IMG/VR virus record: IMGVR_UViG_3300002140_000159
Span: 1 to 64,000 of that record
Reading direction: 5' to 3' (one strand)
Length of the DNA stretch: 64,000 nt
Source: a virus
Position 1 is the stretch's first letter; each line of letters starts with the position of its first letter. Below, piece after piece: positions 28,717 through 38,100 of this stretch. The notes beneath the pieces were generated by a model. That model had not been told where the DNA came from, did not search any database, and saw nothing but the letters and a program-made list of their open reading frames with translations. Position numbers and translations under genes: made by a program.

Positions 28717-29451
28717 TTATGCAAACAAACTAGTGGCTGGTTTTTTCATAGCCGTGCCGCCACCAAAAGCTCCTTTGGGAGCACCTGCTGTGCCGGTAGC
28801 TTTAGCCTTCATGCGCACAATGCCTGAGAATTTGCTTTCCCAAGTGGCGTAGAACGCTGGCTCATTGGCTGCGGCACGGATCTCAGCAGTAGTCATCTTG
28901 TCGGCTGCGCGAAAGAACTTGTCGATCTCGTTCTCATCACGAGTCTCACCAGTCGGCTCATAAGCACCTGTGGTTTCGTTCTTGGCATTTTTGTCAACAG
29001 TCTGCTTGATCAAGCCAATGATGATTTCTTTCCCCATTAGATCGACTGGCACGTCAACTTTAGTTGGGACTTCAGCTTTGGCTTCGTAGCTGTAGACGTT
29101 GACAACTTTTGTCTCAGTGTCTAGCTCAGAGATTTCCTTGCCTGTTGCTAGCAATGCCAATGCATTTGCTGCGATGAAGCCTGGCAAGTAGTTCTTCTGA
29201 CCGTCTTTCTCGTAGTAGTTCTTGGCGCCTTTGGCGGTGCCTGAAGTCATCCACAAGGTCTGACGGATGTCACGGCCCATGCTGGTTTTGGCGTGCAAGA
29301 CTAAGCCTGTGGCGCCTCCTGCTGATTTGGTGACGTAAGCCAAAGTGACAGTGGCTGGGTACAGACCAGACTCCAGTACGCCGCCTCCGCCTACGGAGTC
29401 TTTTTCATTGGCAATGGTGGCGTCGGAAGTGAGGTTTTTAAGTGCTGACAT
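28717..29451 (-). CDS. putative ssDNA-binding protein
   Basis: Sits between the nuclease/Sak4-like ATPase and the resolvase genes. 244 aa with a Gly-rich N-terminus and acidic tail region. No motif-level proof. Confidence 0.4.
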   Translation of the reverse strand: MSALKNLTSDATIANEKDSVGGGGVLESGLYPATVTLAYVTKSAGGATGLVLHAKTSMGRDIRQTLWMTSGTAKGAKNYYEKDGQKNYLPGFIAANALALLATGKEISELDTETKVVNVYSYEAKAEVPTKVDVPVDLMGKEIIIGLIKQTVDKNAKNETTGAYEPTGETRDENEIDKFFRAADKMTTAEIRAAANEPAFYATWESKFSGIVRMKAKATGTAGAPKGAFGGGTAMKKPATSLFA

Positions 29452-29511
29452 GGTGGGGTTCTTTCTTGGGTTTAAATTAAATTGCGGTTGGTTAAGAAAA
29501 GGATTTCTCTG

Positions 29512-30240
29512 TTACGCGTAATACGCTTGCAGACGGTTGACGACTAACTGAAGGTTGTTATCGATAAAGGTTTCCTTTGTTTCAAACAATCCCAATGGAC
29601 CACGTAGACGCTCATTGACCGTCTCCTTGGTGATCTTGGTTTGGAAGACATACTTGAAGCCAAGTGCCTCTTCCTCCGGGGTGATGACTAGCAGCTTGGA
29701 GCCGTAGTCTTTAAGCGCTTTCAGTGCCACCTTCTTGGAAGTGATGACGACGCTGAAATAGCTTTCTATGCCGTTGTTTTTCAAGCTGCCTTTGACTGGC
29801 ACCTTGGTTTCCATCAGCATCTCACTCTCGTTAAGTGTGTCCATGGTGTGAGCTGTGAAGATCACGTTCTTGCTGGACTTGGCCACGTTTTGTTGCATCA
29901 GTGTTTTGAAGAACTGAGCAAAGTCGCCCCAGGCTTTCATGCCATTGGCTGAGCCATTGACGTACACACTCTCATACATGTCCAGCAAGTAGGTCAAGCT
30001 GTCGACGACGATGGTGTGCACCTCTGGCATAGTCTCGGCTGCGTCAAACGCTTCCATGACTTGCAGCGGGTCAGTGATGACATACTGTTTGAACTTGGAT
30101 TTGAATGGGAGCTTCTTGCCTGCTTCGCAGTTGAGGTAAATCACGCCTTCTGGCTTGTCCAGTTGCATGAGTGAGGCGGACTTGCCGGTGGCTGATTTGC
30201 CACACAGCAAGACTAGGTTGTCGTTGTAGTGTTGGGTCAT
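29512..30240 (-). CDS. Sak4-like / AAA_24 RecA-fold ATPase
   Basis: Walker A LLCGKSATGKSA, Walker B-like IVVDSL, and about 240 aa. Confidence 0.6.
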   Translation of the reverse strand: MTQHYNDNLVLLCGKSATGKSASLMQLDKPEGVIYLNCEAGKKLPFKSKFKQYVITDPLQVMEAFDAAETMPEVHTIVVDSLTYLLDMYESVYVNGSANGMKAWGDFAQFFKTLMQQNVAKSSKNVIFTAHTMDTLNESEMLMETKVPVKGSLKNNGIESYFSVVITSKKVALKALKDYGSKLLVITPEEEALGFKYVFQTKITKETVNERLRGPLGLFETKETFIDNNLQLVVNRLQAYYA

Positions 30241-30282
30241 GGTTTCCTTATTGATTCGCAGTAGTGCCGGGAAGGCACTTGC

Positions 30283-30684
30283 TTACTTGAAAATTGGATC
30301 GTTGCTGCTTGGGGTCTGCTCTTCTTGTCGAAGCTCAAGCTCCAAGGAGGCCAGGAGGTTCCAAGCCATCTGCGCTTTGTGGCGCCTACCTGTGCCTCCT
30401 GGCCCGTCGTCAAACACCTTGCCTTCGCCTAGATCTAGCATGTGTCTGGCAAACGCTTCCATGTACCTGTCTGCTCCATTGGGCACAGTTGCCCACCCGT
30501 TAGGGGTGTACTTCTTTGCACCAGCGGTGGTGACTTCGGACACTTCACGGAAAGCTCTGGAAAAGCCAGACAAACAAAGCCATGGCAATACCTTCCCGGA
30601 ATCAAGCTTGGCTCCGGGTTGGTTAGGACTGATGCCATGTGGATCGACTTCTTTTTGCTTGATAGCTAAAGGTGTGATTTTCAT
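30283..30684 (-). CDS. dATP/dGTP pyrophosphohydrolase-like (DUF5664-like) protein
   Basis: KLDSGKVLPWL...AGAKKYTPNGW...RYMEAFARH pattern, recognised from memory. Confidence 0.45.
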   Translation of the reverse strand: MKITPLAIKQKEVDPHGISPNQPGAKLDSGKVLPWLCLSGFSRAFREVSEVTTAGAKKYTPNGWATVPNGADRYMEAFARHMLDLGEGKVFDDGPGGTGRRHKAQMAWNLLASLELELRQEEQTPSSNDPIFK

Positions 30685-32822
30685 GGTCGTTTGGCCAGTG
30701 CTTTCATCACAGTCACCATGACAGTGCCCATGATCTCTTGCTCTTCTAGCTTGTCCGCAATCTTCTCGTTCAGGCTCATGACGCGAGAGCGGATGCCCTC
30801 AAATTCAAAGCCTGCATCGAGCAAAATCATGGAGTAGCGCAGCAGCATGTTGTTGCGGTTGCCGTCACCAATGTTGTTGATGACCCATCGCTCCAAGTTG
30901 TCCATGGACTGCTGTGAGTCCACCAAAGCTTTGCGCTCTTCGTTCTTGCTGGTCTTCGGTATGAAGGGCAAGGCGTCAAGCAACTCACCGTCGTTGTACT
31001 CAAAGTGACCGTCATGAGAGAGCCACTTGCGTGCTCGCTGATTAGTCGCTTTGTCTACGTCGAAAGGCAACCACTCGTAGATGCTGGCCATGAACTCTTT
31101 GTAGTCTCTGGCTTCCATCTTCAACTCATAGTTGATAGGCAAGATGATGCGGAAACGGTTTTCATCTACCGTGTGTCGCTTCGTGGTGTACAGCAAGAAC
31201 TTGTAGTTCTTGAGCAGCAGCTTGGCAGTAGAGATATTTACGCCACCATCTACATCAATGACAACTAAGTTAAAGCCAGGAATGGCGTTCTCTTCGTTGC
31301 GATAGCCGCCCATTAAGTGATGCGCCACCCAGTGCAGGCCAGAGGCTTGCGTGAGTTTGTGGAGCATGTCAAACGGTGCTATTTCATTGCGGTAGTCAGT
31401 AGTGATGTCACTGGAGTAAGAGATAACCATCTTGGTGATGTCAGTCTCTTTTAGTGTCTCGCCTCGCAAGAACTCTATGCCATCAGAAAATGCTTTCTTG
31501 ATGATGATGTTGTTCTTGTAGCCGTAAGCTGTGGCCAAGGTCAGCAGTTCGTTCTTGTAAGCGGTACCGCCTTTGTAAAAAGGAAGATCCTCTGCCAGAT
31601 CGGCTTGCGTAACGTCTTGACCTACGGCTGCGATGTACTTGGCCAGCTTGACCCAAGGTTTGTCACGCGCCAACATCATAGTAAATGCTTCACCTGAGTC
31701 TTCCGCCAGTTTGATGGCGTTGTACACATGGCCAGCTGTCACTTCTGGAGATACATCAATGAAGGCGTAAGCACCAGCAAGCTTGAGTACCTTGAAGTAG
31801 CGCTCAGAGAGTTCTCGCTTTTGAATCTCCTGGTGATTAGGCAGATGTTCAGCACGACCTTCACAGTGAAGCTGGTACTCATTCAACAAGATGCATGTCT
31901 CTTTGTTGATGACCAGTTTCTTGTTGGCATTGATGATGTCTGCCAAGTTCTCCATGTGGTCTGCCAACGCTTCAATAGCAGAGACGTTGGCTTGACTGGT
32001 TCGGTCTTGATACATCTGCTCAGGTGTGCGCACAGGACGACTGGCTTTTCTGACATAGGCAAAGAAGCAGCGACGTGCATAGCCTGTAGCAAGCATGTCC
32101 ATCAATTCTTCTTCAACCTTGGCACCATCAAATAGTTTTTGCGGTACACCGAACATCAACAGATTGGCTGGTGTTTTACCTACGATCTCTTCGCTACGCA
32201 CGTTCTCAGTGGTGCTCTTGATCAGCTTAGTTTTGACCAAGCCTTTGTCGTACAGCTCAATGAAGGTGTCAAACGCTTCCTTGTTTGGAATCAAGTTGTT
32301 GCCAACCTCATCCATGATCAAGTTGAGTGAACCTGCATTAGCCAACAACAAGTGATGACGCAGCTGCTTGACGGCAGGACTGGTGGCTGAGTCAAAAGAA
32401 AATAGTGGATCGCCTAAACGATCTGCTTCTTTCTTGAGACGGGCCAGCTCGTCATCTGGATCTGAACCTTTGCGGGTAGCCCGCTTGACAGCTAGCTTAG
32501 GCAAGTTGTCTTCCATCAAGATGGGAAATGTCTCTTGCTGAAAGCGATGGCGGAACTGCCCCAAGATCTGTTCTTCCAGCAAGTTCATGGATTGCGTTTT
32601 GCCGTAGCCTGATGGGGCTAGGTTCAACGTGTACATGTTCACTGGAATCTCACCTTTGTCAGGGGTGTCGATGTTGCAGCGCATCTGAGCTGCCACCAAG
32701 CAGAAGTAGTAGCCGACCAAAATACGAAAAAACAAGGAGTCATCACGCTGTGTGTGATCACGCAAAATGCCCACCACGCGCTCGCTGGTAGCGTGATAGT
32801 CCATTTGATTGAAAGGTTTCAT
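30681..32822 (-). CDS. DNA primase/helicase (P-loop NTPase N-terminal, prim-pol-like C-terminal)
   Basis: Walker A APSGYGKTQS and Walker B LIMDEV. The C-terminal part has a VVIDVDGG (DxD) motif and YTTKRHT, typical of primase-polymerase domains. Confidence 0.65.
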   Translation of the reverse strand: MKPFNQMDYHATSERVVGILRDHTQRDDSLFFRILVGYYFCLVAAQMRCNIDTPDKGEIPVNMYTLNLAPSGYGKTQSMNLLEEQILGQFRHRFQQETFPILMEDNLPKLAVKRATRKGSDPDDELARLKKEADRLGDPLFSFDSATSPAVKQLRHHLLLANAGSLNLIMDEVGNNLIPNKEAFDTFIELYDKGLVKTKLIKSTTENVRSEEIVGKTPANLLMFGVPQKLFDGAKVEEELMDMLATGYARRCFFAYVRKASRPVRTPEQMYQDRTSQANVSAIEALADHMENLADIINANKKLVINKETCILLNEYQLHCEGRAEHLPNHQEIQKRELSERYFKVLKLAGAYAFIDVSPEVTAGHVYNAIKLAEDSGEAFTMMLARDKPWVKLAKYIAAVGQDVTQADLAEDLPFYKGGTAYKNELLTLATAYGYKNNIIIKKAFSDGIEFLRGETLKETDITKMVISYSSDITTDYRNEIAPFDMLHKLTQASGLHWVAHHLMGGYRNEENAIPGFNLVVIDVDGGVNISTAKLLLKNYKFLLYTTKRHTVDENRFRIILPINYELKMEARDYKEFMASIYEWLPFDVDKATNQRARKWLSHDGHFEYNDGELLDALPFIPKTSKNEERKALVDSQQSMDNLERWVINNIGDGNRNNMLLRYSMILLDAGFEFEGIRSRVMSLNEKIADKLEEQEIMGTVMVTVMKALAKRP

Positions 32823-32838
32823 AGATTCTTTTTTGAAG

Positions 32839-33822
32839 TTAAGCCATGATCAGATCGCCGCTGGCAATGAGAGCGTCTTTCTGGCTGCAGATGGGAAACG
32901 CCTGGCAGTATTTGCAGGCAGTGGCTTGGCCAGGAACTTCTTTCACAATGCCGACGCTGCCGTCCTCAATAAGACGAAGGCGAGCGTCGTGCAAGGTGTC
33001 AAAGTTTTTGGTGCTGCGCTTGGTAGAAGCCGGGTTCTTGTAGTACTTGAACTGCGGCTCTGAGCGCCAAAGATCTTCTGCGCTGCACTCAGGGATCTCA
33101 TCTTCAGGAGCATCCCAGTACTGCTCAATTTGCTGCAACTTGCGGCGGATAAAGCCATCTGTTTCAGCCAATGAGAGCAGTGGGAAAGTTTGCTTCTTGA
33201 AGCGCTGGCTTGGATACTTTGGGTCGGTCTTAACCATCCCTGCTTTCCAGTCCATGAAGATGTGGTGTATGTCCATCTCGTCTTCGGTGATCAGCTTAGG
33301 ATCCAGCCAGCGGTAGATGCTGCCCTGTTGTGTTTGCTTGGTGGCGTTGACCTGGTTCATGTACGACCACACGGAGGCGGTCTTAAAGTCCTGAACACGA
33401 CCATCACCGACAAAGTCAAACTTGCCTGTGACCGTCCACTTGCCAACTTTCTTGCTTAGGCGCTGCTCCAAGTAAATTGGAATGATGCCGTCAATCAAGT
33501 CTTCTGGTTTAGGGTTAACCCGCACACGATCAATGACCTTGGGTGGGTAGCCGAGTGCTGTCATAGCACCTTGATGGTTGGTGAGCCAAGCGCGCTCAAT
33601 CCCGTCATGCACCGCTGCACCCAGACGATTGCTCATCATGTCCGGCAACGATGCCATACCATCTTCCAATGAAATGCGCGAAGGCAAAATGATCTGGCGA
33701 ATTGGTTTGAGCAGCGTTGTGGCACTGATGGTTTGAGCGTCAGAGTTGTAGTCGTAGTAGTCGCTGGCCAGAAATACGGCCAGTGCTAAAGGAACGTCAG
33801 AGACATTGGTAAAGCGTTGCAT
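32839..33822 (-). CDS. PD-(D/E)XK (Cas4/RecB-like) nuclease
   Basis: FDFVGDG...VQDFKT core and a C-terminal Cys cluster, CSAE...CKYCQAFPIC. Confidence 0.6.
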   Translation of the reverse strand: MQRFTNVSDVPLALAVFLASDYYDYNSDAQTISATTLLKPIRQIILPSRISLEDGMASLPDMMSNRLGAAVHDGIERAWLTNHQGAMTALGYPPKVIDRVRVNPKPEDLIDGIIPIYLEQRLSKKVGKWTVTGKFDFVGDGRVQDFKTASVWSYMNQVNATKQTQQGSIYRWLDPKLITEDEMDIHHIFMDWKAGMVKTDPKYPSQRFKKQTFPLLSLAETDGFIRRKLQQIEQYWDAPEDEIPECSAEDLWRSEPQFKYYKNPASTKRSTKNFDTLHDARLRLIEDGSVGIVKEVPGQATACKYCQAFPICSQKDALIASGDLIMA

Positions 33823-33877
33823 GAGGAGATACCTTCTTTGTTAGTTTTCGGGCAAGCGCCCGGAAGGCGCTTAGTGA

Positions 33878-34255
33878 TTAATGGACAGAGTCGTTGAGTT
33901 CAAGCCAGCGGTTCAAGATGTCGCGTGCGTCAGTGATGTCTTGCACGAGGGGCTTGCAAGTGAGGTTGTCGCTAGACAGCAATAGCTTGGTACTGGCTTG
34001 TTGAAGGCAGCCAGAGCAGTCATTGATTTCAAAGAGTTGGTGGATGGCAAAGACATCTATGTCTTTTCCATCATTGATGGAGTTAAATTGACGGATGCGT
34101 TGTAGAGTGACTGCTTCAGCGTCATCCTCATCGTCTTCAAAGTTAAAAGCCTCTTGCTTAGGTTCTGAGGAGTTCAGAACAAAGCAGTCAGCACAGAAAT
34201 CTGTTCCTATAGGTATAAGCACAGAGCAACCAATAGACATGCAGTTATGGGTCAT
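33878..34255 (-). CDS. hypothetical protein with N-terminal Cys-rich (zinc-ribbon-like) segment
   Basis: C-x4-C...C-x2-C arrangement. The start is taken at the internal Met (MTHNCMSIGC); the longer ORF runs to 34285. Confidence 0.45.
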   Translation of the reverse strand: MTHNCMSIGCSVLIPIGTDFCADCFVLNSSEPKQEAFNFEDDEDDAEAVTLQRIRQFNSINDGKDIDVFAIHQLFEINDCSGCLQQASTKLLLSSDNLTCKPLVQDITDARDILNRWLELNDSVH

Positions 34256-34315
34256 AAAAAAGCCTTTAGTAAAAGGAAAGCACACCGATATGGGCTTGGT
34301 GTGACAAAAAATGTG

Positions 34316-34354
34316 TCAATAAAAAGAAGTCTGCTTGTGAATGCAGACTTCTTT
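34316..34354 (-). terminator. rho-independent terminator after nrdA (bidirectional shape)
   Basis: AAAGAAGTCTGC-(8 nt)-GCAGACTTCTTT perfect 12-bp stem, flanked by A and T runs. Confidence 0.7.
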
Positions 34355-34367
34355 TACTGGCCGCTTT

Positions 34368-36116
34368 TTACGCTGAGCAAGCGATGCATTCGTCTTTGAT
34401 GACGACACCACTTCGGCTGTAGATGTAGTACTGACTTAAACAATCTGGGTGCACAAGCACTTCGGTCATGAGGTCAGCCACTAGGTTTTCAGAGCCGTCT
34501 TCTGGAACATAGAAGTTCAAAGACTGACCTTGGCATGTGTACTTTTGCCGCTGGGTAGCGTGGCGCAATATGATCCGCTGGTCCATCTCAAAAGCGTTGA
34601 GGAAGACCAGTTTCTCAGCTGCATTGAGCCAGCTAACGTGCTGCACAGAGCCCAGGTTTTCAATGATGTCTTGAATCGTGTCGTCGTTGTAGACGCCTTT
34701 TTTCTTCATCACTTCATAGATCACTGGGGTAATCCGGCGAAGCTCGCCTACGCTGGTGCCTGCATCAAAGACTGCACCTGGATCTGGAAACCAAGACTCA
34801 CTGACACCGCCCATAAGTAGTGCAGTTGTCTTGGTAGGGGCATAGGCTGTACGGTGTGTATTTCTCACTCCGTAACCTTTGCACCAGTCAGGCTCACCGT
34901 ACTCAACAGCTAACCACTGGCTTGCGCGCAGTGACTCGTCATGCAAGTGCTTGGCAATCTCTCCTGAGAGAAACTGTGCTTCCAGACCGATGTACGGGAT
35001 GTTCTTGCTTTGCAAGTACGTGTGAAAACCCATAATTCCAAGACCAATGGCTCGGCCTTTGCGGGTGAACTCACGTACCTTTTCCATGCCTGGAATACCT
35101 TCGCTGGCTTCAATAAACTCTGAGCACAAGCAATCCAGAAACACAGTAGCAATGAATGCTGAGTCACTATGCTTGATCCGATCCCAGTGAGCCAAGTTCA
35201 ATGAGGACAAGATACAAGAGTAGGTGTAGTCGTTACTAGAGTGCAGCATGATCTCACTGCACAAGTTGGACGCCACGACGTCTAGACCATGGTCTTTGTA
35301 CATCTGTGGACGATGACGATTGGCTTTGTCTACACAAAAAATGTAGCCTTTGCCTGTCGTCAGCTTGGTGTACAGCGCCTTGATCCAGCGGCGTGATGCA
35401 TCTTCCTCACCTGCAACCAGGCGAGCTACAAAGGTGTCTTTAATGATCCAGCCGTAGTTCTTGCCATTGGGATCTGCAGCGAGTTGATCGCACGCTTCGT
35501 CCCAGTCTGGGTGCTCAATATTGAGGTAAGCGCCTACTGAGCCACGGCGATTGCCACCTTGGCTGATCTTGCCTGCCGTCGTGAAGAAGTCGTTGATGAC
35601 CTCCACAGGACCACTGGCTTTACCGCCGCTCTTGATGGGTGTGCCGCGAGCACGGATCGTTGAGAAGTCAGCGCTGGTGCCAAAGCCTTGCTTAGACAGC
35701 AATGCGGTTTCGCGCATGTTGTCGTAGAAAGACTCTACTGAGTCGCCTACTTGCTGACCTGAGCAAGACACCATCATTCCGCGTGGAGTGCCGGTGTTGG
35801 ACAGTGCAGGGGATGCTGGTGACAGCACCCCATCCCACAGTTCATTGAAGAACTTGGCTTCCCATTCCAGCTCCCGACCTTTCAGGTGCCTGGCCAATGT
35901 CTTGGCAATTTGCTTGTGCCTGCCAAGCACTGCGTCTTCACCAGGGTAGGCGTACTTTTCTTTGAACATCTGCCAGCCTGGAGTGGTGTACCAGTCTGGG
36001 AGGTGTCCTTTGTCTTGTAACGCTTTACGCTCAAGGCTCAGGCGCTCATACTTTTGCAGGTTCTCAACCGCAGGCGGTGAAGTCTGCTCAGCAGTGTCAA
36101 TGGGGTTAGAGTGCAT
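34368..36116 (-). CDS. nrdA: ribonucleotide reductase large subunit (no ATP-cone)
   Basis: SNLCSEI active-site motif and GGNRRGS. The start is set at MHSNPIDT; the ORF-track start at 36188 would overlap nrdB by 83 nt. Confidence 0.85.
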   Translation of the reverse strand: MHSNPIDTAEQTSPPAVENLQKYERLSLERKALQDKGHLPDWYTTPGWQMFKEKYAYPGEDAVLGRHKQIAKTLARHLKGRELEWEAKFFNELWDGVLSPASPALSNTGTPRGMMVSCSGQQVGDSVESFYDNMRETALLSKQGFGTSADFSTIRARGTPIKSGGKASGPVEVINDFFTTAGKISQGGNRRGSVGAYLNIEHPDWDEACDQLAADPNGKNYGWIIKDTFVARLVAGEEDASRRWIKALYTKLTTGKGYIFCVDKANRHRPQMYKDHGLDVVASNLCSEIMLHSSNDYTYSCILSSLNLAHWDRIKHSDSAFIATVFLDCLCSEFIEASEGIPGMEKVREFTRKGRAIGLGIMGFHTYLQSKNIPYIGLEAQFLSGEIAKHLHDESLRASQWLAVEYGEPDWCKGYGVRNTHRTAYAPTKTTALLMGGVSESWFPDPGAVFDAGTSVGELRRITPVIYEVMKKKGVYNDDTIQDIIENLGSVQHVSWLNAAEKLVFLNAFEMDQRIILRHATQRQKYTCQGQSLNFYVPEDGSENLVADLMTEVLVHPDCLSQYYIYSRSGVVIKDECIACSA

Positions 36117-37218
36117 CAGCAAGATCCTTGTTAAAAGCCAGCTTGTGCTTGGCCCAGTTGCGGGTGTATTGCAGCTGGGTGGCTGCAAAGAAATCAGGGA
36201 CTTTGACGGTAGACAGTTGCTGGTAAAACCACATTGAGATCACGCCTTTGTCAAAGCCGAACATGGCGGGCATCTCTAAGCGGTTCAGCACTACGTCAAT
36301 GCGGTCTTCTAAGAAGCGGTTTAACTCTGTCTGAGTGACTACACGGTTGCCAGGAATGGCAAACAGCATGTCGTTGATGCGTCGCTCGTGGTCGGCTACT
36401 TTCTGAGCGATATCAATGATCTTTGCGGACAGAGCAGCGTGCTGCTCTAAGCTGTGGTTGCCAGCCTTGATACGTTCTGCTTTGCATTCACGGAACAGGC
36501 GGGCTGAAGCAATGGAGTGAAAGTTTTCATCCTTAGCTGAGCCATCAATGCCGGATACAAAGTGAGGAATCAAGTTGTAGCCGCGTGAGTTGAAGCCTTT
36601 GAAGTAGCCAAAAGCAGTGAACAACACTGCGCCTTCAAGGAAGGCTAGAGCTGCTGTGACTTCTAAGGCGTCTTCCGACGCTGTACATGCGTTGATAAAA
36701 GCAATGCGCTCAGCAAGTATGGGATCTGATTTCCAACGGGAATAAAACTCGTCATTGGAATTACCCATGACTTTGTTTCCAATGTCATAGAACGGTGCAT
36801 GAGAGCCCAGCTCAACATTGGCAAAGCAAGCAGCCATGCGCTGAATCTCAGGGCGTGGGAATAAGCGACTTATCTTTCCTCCCCAGAGTTCTTCGCCGCC
36901 AATCATTAACTCATACTGAGTCAATATTGATTGTGCGGTTAGTAATCCATGGCGCTCTGCGTCATTTAAACCAACGCGAAAGTCTTGTTCGTCTTCTTCG
37001 ACACCTAGTTCTTCTGCAGGCCAGAATATAGATTGCTGCTCAATACTCATTTCTGTAGCCCATGGATACCGAGCTACATAAGATCCGGTTGGGGTTTCAA
37101 TCTGGCTTAGATATGTTTTTTCTGTCATGGAATCTTTGTTTTTAGGGTTAAAAAAACCAATACTTTCCTGGGCAGGAAAGTATTGGTGTGTATCTAGACT
37201 TAGTTTGTCAGTAGTCAT
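36106..37218 (-). CDS. nrdB: ribonucleotide reductase small subunit
   Basis: Di-iron ligand pattern: FANVELGSHAPFY, EGAVLFTAFGYF, KDENFHSIA. Confidence 0.85.
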   Translation of the reverse strand: MTTDKLSLDTHQYFPAQESIGFFNPKNKDSMTEKTYLSQIETPTGSYVARYPWATEMSIEQQSIFWPAEELGVEEDEQDFRVGLNDAERHGLLTAQSILTQYELMIGGEELWGGKISRLFPRPEIQRMAACFANVELGSHAPFYDIGNKVMGNSNDEFYSRWKSDPILAERIAFINACTASEDALEVTAALAFLEGAVLFTAFGYFKGFNSRGYNLIPHFVSGIDGSAKDENFHSIASARLFRECKAERIKAGNHSLEQHAALSAKIIDIAQKVADHERRINDMLFAIPGNRVVTQTELNRFLEDRIDVVLNRLEMPAMFGFDKGVISMWFYQQLSTVKVPDFFAATQLQYTRNWAKHKLAFNKDLADAL

Positions 37219-37283
37219 ACAGGGGCCAGGAAGCCCCTGGATAATCTAAACTAAGTTAATGTGGAATGCGAGTTTACTGTATA

Positions 37284-38021
37284 TTAATACTTACCTGCAG
37301 TTAATGCTTGCCAAGAAATAGGATATAAGGGGGCAATAATGCCCCCAATCTGATTGGCCAATTCTTGTATTTCAAGCTGAGCATGAGAATCTGTTCGCAA
37401 GTTGTAGAAGTTGGCAAAAGCGTAGAGTGATCCTGTCCATAACCAGTTAACTTCACATCCTTGTGGGAGGATAAAGCGAGCCTGTTCAGGGCAAATACCT
37501 TGTTTAACCATTTCTTCATACGAGTTAATGGCAGAAACACCAGCGCTTTTGTACACTGACTGCCAATAACTAGAGTCAATGTGTGCTCCAGCAGAGCCCT
37601 GTTTAACAGATGCAGCTGCTTGTCTAAATACGTCAGGAACGTACAATTCAGGACGGCTGGAGATATACCGTCTGGATTCTTCTGATTCAATAAAACCAAT
37701 CTTGTGTTTAAACGCCTGGCGTGCAATTGGCACAGGTGCTTGCATTCGGATGGAGATATGTGGATGACCAAATGGAACCCAGTGCTCTGGGATATTTCTG
37801 CAGTAAGTGGCAAGCTCCTTAGCTTTCTCCATGCTCAAGCAGTTGGTGAATTCCACCAGGAGTTTTTCCCAATCACCAGAAGCCATGCCTCTGGCTAAGA
37901 ATCTGATCAGATTATTATTCTGAGCTTCAGTGAACTGATCTGCTAGTGTGGCAAAGGATTGTCTAGCATAATTAGCCACATCTTTATCGGTGAGATAATG
38001 GTTTTCGTAAATTGCTTTCAA
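37284..38021 (-). CDS. thyX: flavin-dependent thymidylate synthase (ThyX-like)
   Basis: KHKIGFIESEESRRY resembles the ThyX RHR-x7-S-x-RY motif. The C-terminal TDSHAQLEIQELA also fits. Confidence 0.7.
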   Translation of the reverse strand: MKAIYENHYLTDKDVANYARQSFATLADQFTEAQNNNLIRFLARGMASGDWEKLLVEFTNCLSMEKAKELATYCRNIPEHWVPFGHPHISIRMQAPVPIARQAFKHKIGFIESEESRRYISSRPELYVPDVFRQAAASVKQGSAGAHIDSSYWQSVYKSAGVSAINSYEEMVKQGICPEQARFILPQGCEVNWLWTGSLYAFANFYNLRTDSHAQLEIQELANQIGGIIAPLYPISWQALTAGKY

Positions 38022-38065
38022 AGTTTTCTTTCTAGAGTGGAGGATTCTTTTACAAGAGCGCAGAA

Positions 38066-38080
38066 ATTACCGGAGGTAAT
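38066..38080. promoter_or_regulatory. 6-bp stem / 3-nt loop hairpin (loop GGA on + strand), candidate vRNAP-type hairpin promoter for leftward operon
   Basis: ATTACC-GGA-GGTAAT, in the 79-bp divergent region between thyX and the tail genes. Confidence 0.3.
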
Positions 38081-38100
38081 CTATCTTATGGGCACATCAC

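Noticed and set aside
30239-30721. 160-aa + strand ORF, and similar antisense ORFs at 27308-27739, 28436-28852 and 56631-57125
   Set aside because: Each is antisense to a minus-strand gene with recognisable domains or coupling. They are Pro/Ser/Arg/Cys-rich shadow-frame products.
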